A stretch of 64,000 nucleotides of DNA from an uncultured Verrucomicrobiae bacterium (GTDB lineage: Bacteria > Verrucomicrobiota > Verrucomicrobiia > Chthoniobacterales > JAATET01). Shown here piece by piece: positions 16,922 through 27,700 of the stretch. The position numbers and the translations under genes are program-made. Positions within the stretch are counted from its first letter, which is position 1; each line of letters begins with the position of its first letter. The notes below the pieces were generated by a model, which saw nothing but the letters and a program-made list of their open reading frames with translations, was not told the origin of the DNA and did no database searches. The stretch covers positions 157,888-221,887 of the forward strand of contig CAVRCI010000013.1 of assembly GCA_963719495.1 (NCBI GenBank), written 5' to 3'.

Positions 16922-17771
16922 CTCCGATCTCCAAGGCCGCGGTCCGTTGCTGAGCGTTGAACGCTTGCTGGCCAAACATCGCGCGGTATCGCTGGTCAGC
17001 CAACCATTGGGCCGTTTGCCACTCGGCGCGGTCGACTTCTCTCGGAATGCGCCCCGATTGATCGCGGAGGGAGTCTGCAAACTCGTTCTGAATGTCGCGG
17101 AGACGGTCCTTTTTGGCGGGTTCCGCGGCGATGGATTCATCCGTGGCCTCCAACGCCGCCGGCACGGTGGTGCCCTCGGGAGCCTCAATCGTCTCCGCTT
17201 CCACGGCCTCCGATCGCCGGGTTTCGGCGAGGCTTCGGGCGGGCTCGGTCACGCCCCCGGGTTCGCCGAGCGCCCCGGCGCCGACTCCGGCGGTGGCTCG
17301 GGGGATGATTCCAGTCGCAAACGCGGGCACGACGGTGTTCGGCGAAGTGCCATTCCGATCAGGAACGCTGGCCGCTGAGGGCCGCGGCCCCACGGTCGTG
17401 ACCAACGGATCGTGCGGCTGCAGGGCGACCGGGGCAACGGCCGAATTCGAGACCACCGAGGTGGGTGCTGAACTTGGAACAACCGGGGCGCGCTGGACCC
17501 CCACAAAGACCGGTTGCGTGCCAGGCAATTGAACTGAGTCGCTCGGAGCGGACAATCGATTCGCCACGGATGGTGCCGAATCGGATCCCGGAGTCGGCAA
17601 CGGTGATCCACCCGGTTTCGAAGTATTGGCTCGAACGGTCGCATCGCTCGAGATCGCCAATTCCGCCGTCGCCCTTGCCACCGGCTCCCGGAAGGAGGAC
17701 CACGCAACCGCTGCGAGGAGCAGCGTCTGAGTGAGACTGAGAACAACGAGGAAGCGGAGAGTGGTTTTCAT
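16911..17771 (-). CDS. Hypothetical Pro/Ser/Ala-rich secreted or membrane-anchored protein
   Basis: ATG 17771 lies 17 nt after the Sel1 gene stop. N-terminal hydrophobic segment MKTTLRFLVVLSLTQTLLLAAVAW, a low-complexity middle, and a conserved-looking C-terminus (EWQTAQWLADQRYRAMFGQQAF). Confidence 0.5.
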   Translation of the reverse strand: MKTTLRFLVVLSLTQTLLLAAVAWSSFREPVARATAELAISSDATVRANTSKPGGSPLPTPGSDSAPSVANRLSAPSDSVQLPGTQPVFVGVQRAPVVPSSAPTSVVSNSAVAPVALQPHDPLVTTVGPRPSAASVPDRNGTSPNTVVPAFATGIIPRATAGVGAGALGEPGGVTEPARSLAETRRSEAVEAETIEAPEGTTVPAALEATDESIAAEPAKKDRLRDIQNEFADSLRDQSGRIPREVDRAEWQTAQWLADQRYRAMFGQQAFNAQQRTAALEIGGGQ

Positions 17772-17787
17772 AGGATCGAATGGGGAG

Positions 17788-18690
17788 TCACTTGTCGGGC
17801 GGAGTTTGAGCGGCCCGTTCCGAGCGGGCTGTCGCTAGGCGCCGACGGCCTTCCGCGAGTTCAGCCTCCGACATCTCGAGTTCCAAGCCGACCAGAATTT
17901 TCGAAGCCGTGATCTCGCCCTGGTCTGCGCTGAGCGAAAGCCATTTGAAAATTTCCGAGCGATCACGTTCTCGAGCGGATTCTTCGAACAGGACTCGACC
18001 GAGATTACTTTGCGCCTTGGCGTCGCCGGCTTCAGCCGCCGCGAGGTAAAGTTCCGTTGCCCGCTCCCGGTCGACCTCACCGCCCAAGCCCTGCTCGAAC
18101 AGGACACCGAGCGCGTTTTGTGACCACGCGTCGCCACCCTCAGCGGCCTTCGCAAGCCATTTGCGCGCCTTGAAATTGTCCTGCTCGAGAGCTCCGGAGC
18201 TTTCGAGATAGAGTCGCCCCAACTCGCGTTGGGCGGCGGTGTAGCCTGAGTCTCCCGCCCGCGTGTAATACGCGACGGCGGCTTCCAGATCCTGATCAAT
18301 TCCGATCCCGCGTTCCGAGAGCTGCCCGAGCACGAACTGCGACAACACGGCACCGCCGTCCGCTGCCTTTTGATACCAAATCACCGCCTCGGTCTGATCG
18401 GCGGGCACCCCGCGGCCTTGGAACAGCGCCGCCGCGTAATTGTTCTGCGCCTCGACCGAGCCATTCTCCGCCGCCCGCCGAAACCACTCCGCCGCCTGGG
18501 CGTCGTCTTGCTCGACCCCGTCTCCCGCAGCATACATTTTCCCGCGTTTCAATTGCGACTCCGCATCCCCGATTCGGGCGGTCGCCTCGGGTTCGGCTGA
18601 CTGGAGATCAACCGGACCTTGGCCGAGCGGGCCAAGAAGTATCCCGAAGGTCAGGGCGGAAAGCGCGTGCTTGAGGCGGAAGCGTTTCAT
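17788..18690 (-). CDS. Sel1-repeat (TPR-like) protein
   Basis: Signal-like N-terminus and at least 5 Sel1 repeats of the form AQxxLGxxYxxGxGVxxDxxxAxxWYxKAA (for example AEWFRRAAENGSVEAQNNYAAALFQGRGVPADQTEAVIWYQKAADGG). Starts 18 nt after the tpsA stop. Confidence 0.85.
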   Translation of the reverse strand: MKRFRLKHALSALTFGILLGPLGQGPVDLQSAEPEATARIGDAESQLKRGKMYAAGDGVEQDDAQAAEWFRRAAENGSVEAQNNYAAALFQGRGVPADQTEAVIWYQKAADGGAVLSQFVLGQLSERGIGIDQDLEAAVAYYTRAGDSGYTAAQRELGRLYLESSGALEQDNFKARKWLAKAAEGGDAWSQNALGVLFEQGLGGEVDRERATELYLAAAEAGDAKAQSNLGRVLFEESARERDRSEIFKWLSLSADQGEITASKILVGLELEMSEAELAEGRRRLATARSERAAQTPPDK

Positions 18691-18707
18691 TGTTGCTCGA
18701 GAAATAC

Positions 18708-21700
18708 CTAGCGGGCGGCGGGTTCCGGCGTCGGCGTCGGTTCCGACGATGCGGAGACCGCCCCACCGCCGTAGCCCACGACTTCGACGACGAAGATGGA
18801 CGGCGCTTCTTCACGCGGCGCCGCTGTCGGTTGGAAATTTCCGGCCGCGTCGTCGGCGCTGCTCTGCGCCGCACCCGCCGTGCCCGCCGCGCTGGTGAGA
18901 CCGCCGACGTTGGGCGCGCTGACGACAGCCGGAGCGGGTGCGCCGGTCGTCGTGCCACCGGCCACGGAGTTACCGGCGTTCCGGAACTCCGTTGCCGCAA
19001 CCGTCAGGTTGCCGGTCGCCCGAATTCCCGCGTCACCCGCGTCGACGACACCAACGGGAGCGATGAGATCGACGTCGCCGGGCGGAATGCCCCTGACCGT
19101 CGCCAGGACGCCAATTCCGCCGCCCGTCGCCAAGCCGGCCAGATCGGTCTGCACATCGGCGCTCGACGGATCGAGCAGCACGCGGGTTGGCGGCGCGGAC
19201 TGCACCGTCTTCGCCGACGATCCGGCGGCGATGTCTCCGGTCGAGGACCAGATGATTTGATTGCCGCCGCGCAGCGTGAAGATCCGACCGATTCCGATGT
19301 CAACGCTGTCGTCGGTGAAGACCGAAATATCACCACCGCTTTCGGTCACGATCCCCGGGGGAACGAGGGCCGCGCCGAGGGTGGAATTCGCGAGCGTAAG
19401 TCCGCCGCCCGGCGCCAGGAGCTGAATCCCCCCGCCGCTCCGCGTCCGAACGTCGCGGGCGCGGGTCAGCAACTCACCGCGGTATCTCCCATTGAACAGC
19501 GCGTCGATCGCCTCAAATCCACGGTCGTAATTCTGGAACGTCGGACTCGCCGGATCGACCGCTCGGCGACCCGTGGTCCGCAGCACGTCGTAAAAGACAT
19601 CGAGCGCGAGCTGATTCCGCCGGACGTTCGGAAGCGCCAGGAATTCCTCCAGCGTCAAATCGCCCAGTCCGCCCAGTCCGCCCAGTCCGCCCGCCGCGGT
19701 CGTGGCGGTCGGATCATCGACATCCTCGAAAAGGAACGCCTCGATGAACGCGTCGAAGTCGAGGTTCGATCCCGCGAGACCCTCCGCCGTCTCGCGCAAT
19801 CCGGCGATCGCGATCACGCTCGAACCCGTGAAAGGCAGCGCCGCGTTGCGGGAGTTGCCCAGCGTCGTGATGCCGACGCCCGTGCCGTCGGCGTTGTTTT
19901 CTCCGGTGCCGAGATCAAGGTCGCGTCCAGCCAGAATCTCGAGCACACCGGGGCCGCCAAGCTGAATGTCACCCGCGAGCGGCACCTCGCCGAGGTTGAG
20001 CTGGTTGCCGCTCGCGACAGCCGCCGAACGCCCGGGCGAATTTGCATTGTAAAGGAGAATGTCGCGCCCCGCCGAGATCACCGTCGTGTCGGTCTCGCTG
20101 GTCTGCTGCAAATAGAACGAGACGTCCGTGATGTCCCGCCCGGCGAAGATCCGGGTGACCTTCGGACTGAATAGCGTCAAGCCTGAGATGCTCCCGTTGC
20201 TCGCGTAGAGGCGCACCGGGTCCGGGTCGTCCCGGTGGAGGAGATCGGACGAATGCAGCGCCTGCCTGGTCTGCAGGTCGAGAGTGGGAGCGCCCGTCTC
20301 GGCGAACAGCGCGTTCACGAAGAAGAGAAAATCGTCACCCGATTGGCGCGCCAAGCCCGTCGTGCCGACGAGGCTCTGATACGCAAACGGACTCTCGATC
20401 CCGGGAACGTTCGCCGGATCGGCGTCCGATACGATGATCCGGCTGGAGCCGAAGCCAACCACCGGCGCGCCGTTGACCGTCGTCACACCCTGGGGCTGGA
20501 GACCGTTGATCGCACCCCCGGCGATGAGTTCCAGCGTCCCGTTCGGCGCGGGCGCAAGCGTGAGATCGCCCGCGACGTTGATGTCACCCGAGAAGGCCGT
20601 GACTCGTAGCGTCGGCGGTTTCAAGCCAACGACGGTCGAGAACGAAGCCACGCTTGTCTCGTTCAGGCGGAGCCACGGTTGAAACGTCGAGGCCGTCGTT
20701 CGCTGGGCGTCGAAGACCAGGACATTCTGGAACCACGCGAGCAGCGTCGGCGTGCTGCCGCCGGCCCCAACGGTCGGGAGCACAACGCTCTCGCGCAGCG
20801 TCACCGACCCGCCGAGTGAAGTCACGTCGACCGCGCTCTTTGGGTCGTAGGTCGAGAAATACGACTTATACCAATACGTGTTGTTGTAACCGCCGGGCAG
20901 GAGGAACGGATTGGCGACCGGTCCGAGCAGGATGTCGCCACGGGCTCGCACGTCGAAGCTTCCCTTGCCAAGAAACAGCGTCGTCGGGAGCCACGTCAAC
21001 TCGTCGAGCGGTGCTTGGTTTGCAAAGACCCCGACCGACGGCGAGCGACTCGAATTCGTCCGAATCTCGCTGCCAGCATCGAGCAATCCGCGGCCACGCT
21101 CGACGTAGTAGACGCCGCCATCGATCGCGTTGCCGGCCCGCACGGTGAGGTCGCCTCCGCCCAACTCGACGAGTGCGTCGGCGTTGGGGATTCCCTTGGG
21201 CGACCGTGCGTTGGTCGGCACAACGGCGTCGACGTTCGTCACGTTGTTCCCAGCAAGCAGCGAGACATTCCCGCCCCCGAGGGCGCCGACGCCCTCGAAG
21301 AAATTGCTGAAATCCACCCACCAACTCGTCGACAGAATTTGCGGGAAGGTCGGCCCGTCGAACCGCCCAGCCCCGAATGCCCCCGTCTCCGGATCGACGA
21401 ACCCGACGCGGTAGAGCCAATTGATCGGCAACTGCCGGCTTGAATCGGTCAGCAGCGTCACGCCATCGAAGTCGAGGCGGTAGCGCGCAATGTCGCGCCC
21501 GGCCTCGAGCGTGACGTCGCCGCCGCCCATCGTGAACTGCGGCTGGTAACCCGGGTTTTGCTGCACCGCCCCGAGGAAAAACTGCCCGCCATTCGCGTTG
21601 AGGAACGGCACGTCGTAGGTGCCGCCCAGCGTCGCGTCAGCCACCTGCGTGCCGACCGTGTAGATCGACGCGATTTGATTCAGTAGTTGAATGTCCCGCC

Positions 21701-24700
21701 CGGCGACGATGTCGATATCGCCGCTGCCCGTGCGAATGACTTGAAAAGAGCGCGGGATCGTGTTTCGCGTCGAGGCGTTCGATCCGGAAGGAAACGCCGC
21801 CCCGGTCCCGGTCGGCTTGCCAATTTTAAACGACCCCTTGTCAGCCGCAAGCAGACCCAGCGCAAGGACCCGACTGAAATCCGCCGCGGTGAAATCCGCG
21901 CCCGCCGCCAACCGGTAGCTCCACGATTGCGCGTTGAGCGGCACCTCGGGGTTGCGCTCGACGAGGCGCGAATTGAAGGCACTCGTGAAGAACCCGTCGC
22001 TCAGCGTATTGAAGAAAACGAGATCCTCCGATGCCCGCAACGTCAGGATGCCCGGGACGCTCCGCGGGCCGAAACGGAAAGTCGCGAGATTCCAATCGTT
22101 GTTCTGCGGCGAAAATTCCGAGCCGAGCCGCAGGTCGCCCGTGCGGTTCACGATCTCGACACCGGGCCGGATGGTGAGGATCGATCCGAGAGCCCCGTCG
22201 TCTCCGACGAGCCGGGTTCTCATCGCCCCGTAGTTCGCCGATTCCGTTCCGGCCGCACCGAGGAAGGTGGCCGCGTCGCTGTTGATCGTGTTCCGCAGCC
22301 CGGTCGTGATCTCCTCACCCACCCCGGTAAGGTCGTAGAGCCGGTAACCCTCGGCGATGACGCTCGACGCGCCGCGGATTTCCCCCGCAATCGCGGCGAT
22401 GGCCAGATCGTCACCTGCCGCCGTGCGCGGAGCCCGCAGGTGCAGGGTGCCCGTGAACCAACCCCGATCCTCCTGGCTATTCTCCCGCGCCTGGGCGACC
22501 CGCAAATTGATCAGCGACCCGCGAAGGATTTCGATCTGACCCGTCTCGTCGATCACACCGTCGATCTGGGAACCGGCTTCGAGCAACACCGAGCCACCCT
22601 TCCCGGCGGCGTCAAATTTTTTCCCGGACGCGTCCAACACCGCCCCGTCCGCCAGCACCACGCTCCCGGAGGCCTTCAGCTCGATGCGCCCACCCGTTAC
22701 CCCCGACGCATCGATCCGCCCGGCCACGCGGATCGACCCCGCGTCGGTTGCCAAACGGTAGACCGCCGCCTTCGCTTCTCCATCAATGCGCACGTCGCCC
22801 GAGCGAATTCGATAATCCCGCAGGGCGTTGAAGTTCGCGATGTTCAGGACCTCATCCAGCCCGCCGAGATTTTCGATTTCCGACACGTCGAGTTGGAACG
22901 AACCACTCGCCCCACGTCGGCTACCCCCACCTAGCAGGGTCCCGCCCGCCACGAAATCACCCAGCCCCGCCTCGACGGCGATCCGCCCCGCGTCACCCCG
23001 CCGCGGATCCGAGGAGACGTCGATCACGCTGTCTTCGCCGAGCAACACCGAACCCCGGTCCGAGATCAACGAAACGTTCCCGGCGTCGGTGAAGCGAACG
23101 ATGTCGTAGATCGAGATCCGCCGACCCGAGACGTCCAGGCGTCCTCCCACCGTCACGTCCCCCTCGGTTGCCCGTAACGTGAGCAGTCCACTGGGCAGCG
23201 AGATCGCGGAGTCGGCGCGCACGCTGGTCCCCGTGATCGACAGATTCGCCCCCAGGCCGCCCGAACCCGGGCGCGCCTTCCCGCCCGCCGCCAGGAGCGC
23301 CACGTCACCCGCCGCCGTGATCGTGCGGATTGCGGACCGTCCGCCACTGATGCTCGGCGTCGTCACCGTCAGCGTTCCGTCCGTCGTGAGGGCTCCTTCG
23401 CCCGTGAAGCGCAAACGACGGTCAGCCGTGAATTCGAGCGTCGCAAAGTCGCGGAAGGCCAGGTCGTTGGCCGCGAGTTCGATCGTGCGCCCGGTGAAGG
23501 CCAACCCGCCCCGCGGCGGCTCGGGAACCTCACCTTCCACCGCCGCGGCGGGTTCCGGCACGGTCACGTTGCCGGCGTTGCCGAGCAGAACGCTGTCCGC
23601 GAAAAAGCGAGCCGGGCGTTTCCCCGTCTGGAAGCTCCGGATCTCACCCGCATTGATGGAAAGAAAATCCCCACCCCGGAATTGCCCCGACCCGTAGACG
23701 TCGAACGTCGAATAGCTCAACAGTGACAGCGATCGGGCATCGCCGAGCTGTCGCAGCAGTCGCCCACGCAGGATGAGACCCACCGTCGGCTCGATCTTAC
23801 CCGGTTTGCGGAGGGCCACCGTGATCTGACCACTGTTCAGCCCGATGGATTCGCCCTCGATGACCGCGCGACGCGCTAGCGTCGTCGAGTAGGTCGAATC
23901 CAACAACACACTCGTGCCCGAGATCACCGATCCGCGGCCCACGAAGAGCGAGGGTTCGCGGGAAGGAGTCACCCCGGTCCGCAGGGTCGTCGCGTCGAAG
24001 TCGCTGCTTACCCGCACCAGCACGCCGTCCCGCCGCAGGAGTAGCCGATCCGCTTCGCCACCCAACGATCCGCGTTGGATCACCGACGAACCCGGTGCCA
24101 GCGTGATCAAGCGATTGGCGGAAAGAACGATCTCCGGCCCGACCAATGGCGTGCCCGCGTTGTCGAGGAAGATCCCGCTCGAGAGCGTTCGCACGAACGT
24201 GCCGTTGGCGACATCGATCCGCTCCCCACCGAGGAAGAGACTCTCGGCGTCGAAGCTGTTGAGCAGTGAAGCTCGAATCCGGGCGACCGCGGTCTCCGGT
24301 TGTCCGAAGGTGCCCACGCCGAAGAGATCCGGTGGGAATTCCGCCGTGGCGGTGTCGATCCCGCGTCCCGTGACCAGGATGTTGAGGGGTGTGCTGATGT
24401 CGATCCGGGCGCCACGCCCGCCCATTGGTGCCGACCCCAGCACCCCGCCACGCACGACCAGGCGATCCAGGCCCTGTAGCACCAGGCGTCCGGCGTCGAT
24501 CGGCAGTCGCGGCACGTCGACCTCGAGCGCCCGAGCGCGATTGCTCAGGAAGCGGTTCGCCGTGAGCAGACGATACTCGGCCCGATTCAGCACGTTGCCA
24601 CGATCCAGGACTTCAAACGACGAGAAGACCGTCGGCACGTCGCGGTCACGATTCAACCCATTGTAGCGGTAGCCCGAGACCAGCCGCGTCCCATCCGGCT

Positions 24701-27700
24701 GCGCGAGGGTCTCCAGGCGCGGGTCCGTCGAGCGCGGCGTCACGAGGACGGCACCGGGAAGCAACGCGTAACGCGGCGGCAGGAGCGTGTAGTCTCCCTC
24801 CGGCAGCGCACTGCTGGCATTCAGAAACACCCGGTCGCCCGCGCTCAACGTCCGGCTCAGGTATCCCGGATCACTCGCGATGTCCGGCGCGTTCGTCGAA
24901 CGGCTAAACGGCGCGAACGGCGCGACCTCACCTTGGAATTCAGGAACGACCGCAAACCGCTCCGGCACCGCCGTCCAAAACAGGTTCGGCTCCGGCGCGA
25001 CGCCCATACTGTCCTGCCGCGCCGAGAAGGTTATCCCGTCGAAAGTCACCAGGTCGCCCGCCTCGTAGTCCTGACCCGCCGACCAAGCGCCGGGTGCCGT
25101 CCCCAGCAGATCCACCGATCCGCCCTGACCCGCCACGAAGCGATAGGCAAACAGATCGCCGCCCCCGCGGAGATCGATCAGCGAGTCACGCGCGGTCGCC
25201 AGACTCGACGCGCCAACGCGCACTGACTTCGTCGGCACCCCGCCCGCCGTGATGTCGAAGCCCGCCGGGTCGAAGAACGACGTGTCGTTGACGTTCAACC
25301 CATAGGGGATCAGCAAGGCTTCGCCGGTGAGCGGGTCCACCGCCGAGGTGGAAGTCGTGCTACCCCGTCCCAGCACGAGCCGCCTCGTCACCGGGACGGG
25401 CAGAGTATTTCCGGTCAGCAAATCAACCGGCACGGTCCCCGTGCCGTCGAAGCCGAGCGAGATCGAGCCAATCGGAGCCCGCAAATTGCCACCCTGCTCG
25501 ATGACCGTCGCGTAGGCGTTGAGGCTGCCCCCCGCCGAGAGCGGAAGCGGCGACGTCCCGCTCGCGAAAAATTGAATGAGACCTTCCTTTGCCACCACGC
25601 GCGACGGCAGCGGCAACCTCGGCTGGTCCGGCGGGATCACGAACTCCGTCGGGATGACGTTCCGGTCTCGGCCCACGAAGTCGTAGGCGAAGATGTTGAA
25701 ATCCGCTCCCGTTGTCGGGTAGATCTGGTTCGCGTTCATCACGATCCGGCCCGCGATGCTGAGCGTCCCGTTGCCCCGAATGTCGCCCCCTTCGGCGATG
25801 AAACTCGCCCGCCGAATCGTCTGGAGCGACAGGTTGCCGATGTCGATCACGCGCCCTCTCACGGTCAGCTTTCCGCTACCCGTGGTCGGAGCGAAGAAGA
25901 ACGGTGAACCCAGGGAATTAAAGACACTCGTCGCCAGCGCGTCGTCGGCGCGGACCGGGGGCGCGAACGGCGTGCCAATCTCGACGTAAGGCGCCCGCAG
26001 ATCGACGTCGCCATCGGCGTAGATCACGCCCCCGCTCGCCACCGTAATCCGCCGACCCGCGTCCAGCCGCACGTCCCCGCGGAATTCGACCGTCCCGTCC
26101 AGCGTGAGCGATTCGAATCCCCCCTCCTGAAAGCGATCCGCCGTGAAGCGTCCGAAGGCGTCGAGCTTGTTGCCGTTGCCGTCCCGCACGGGATTCCCGA
26201 TCACCTTCCGATCATCGCTCCGCAAAAAGACGATGGGGGAGAACACCGCGTTCGGGTCGAACGCCGGGATCGCCCGGTCGCTTTGCGAGACCTGCAACGT
26301 CACGTCCGTCGGCAAACGCTCGAGGTCATTCGCATCGTAGAACCGCCCCGACGAGACGTTAACCTCACCCCCGAGGGCCGTCGGCCCGCCCCGCCGCCCG
26401 ATGAGAGTCGAATCGACAAAGAGCAATTCCCCACCCTCGAGGTTGATCGTTCCCGCGTCGCTGTCGAGCTGCACCGGGACCGTCCGGAAGGCGAAGAGCG
26501 GCGAGTTCAAACCACTCGTCTGCGGGATCAACGGCCCGTCCACCGGACCCCGGCCCAATCGGGAATTCAAGCCAAGGACCGCCGGCGCGACGTCGATCGT
26601 CGTCCGCGCGCCCGACACGTCGAGCACCGACCCCGCCGCGGCGTAGACGTTGCCCGACAGATTGATCGTCCCACCCGGGAGCACGAAACCCGTCCGGTTG
26701 CCGAACGCGTTGAACGTGCGGATCGCCGTTCCCTCCGTTGAAAGCCGCGCGCCCGGCGCGATGAAAACCGTCGCAAACGCCTCGGTCGGTGCCGCGTCGC
26801 GGGACGGCAAACTGTCCGCGCCGTCGACCGTGATCGTCCCACCCGGCGCCGTGATGCCACCCCGCACCACGATCGTATCGCCCTTCAAACTCACCGACGC
26901 TCCCGGGTCGGTCCGGATCGACGCCCCCGCCCCCATCACGAGATCACCCCGCACCGACAGCGACTGCAGGAACGTGTCCCTGGCCCCCAGCGCCGTGAAG
27001 GCAAGACTCACCGGTGTGCGGTCCGACAGCCGGTCGACCTGCCGCTGCACGCGGACCGGTTCGTCCCTCACCGCGAAAGCCTGCAAGTTTTGCGCCACCG
27101 GAGCCAGCTCGGTCCCGGCCGCGATCACGACCGCCGGGCGGTAGACGATCGGCTTGTCTGGATCCCGGTCCCGCACGAAATCCTCCAGCGAAAACGTCCC
27201 AAAGTTTCCGATCGTAAACGTCGCGTCCACGCCGATGCCAGCCAGCGAGAAACTCCCGAACCCACCCTCGTCAAAGAACGACGGATCCAGCACCAGCTTC
27301 CCCGGTCGCCGCGGCTCCCGGCCGACCCGGACCAGCGTCGACCGTAGCTCCAGCGCTCCGCCTTTTGCGCCCGAGAATCCGAGAAGCTCGCCGCCAAGTC
27401 GCAGATCGCCACCGGTTACACCGGTCAGATTCGGATCGCGGCCCGCGAGGATGGCGATCCGGCCGGCATCGCCGTAGTCGATGTCCGCGTCCGCATTCAC
27501 CACCAGACCGCCCGACACGTCGACCACCGACCCGCCCCGCATCCGCGCCGTGAACGCCTCGATCAGGATCTCGCCCCCATCCGTTCGCAGCGGCAACGAC
27601 CGCCGACTCGCCGACTCGAGACGGTCGTCCACCAGCAAGCCCGCCGTGCTCAGGCGAGTGCCCCGCGCCAGCGTGAAGATGCCCGCCGTCGGATCGACGT

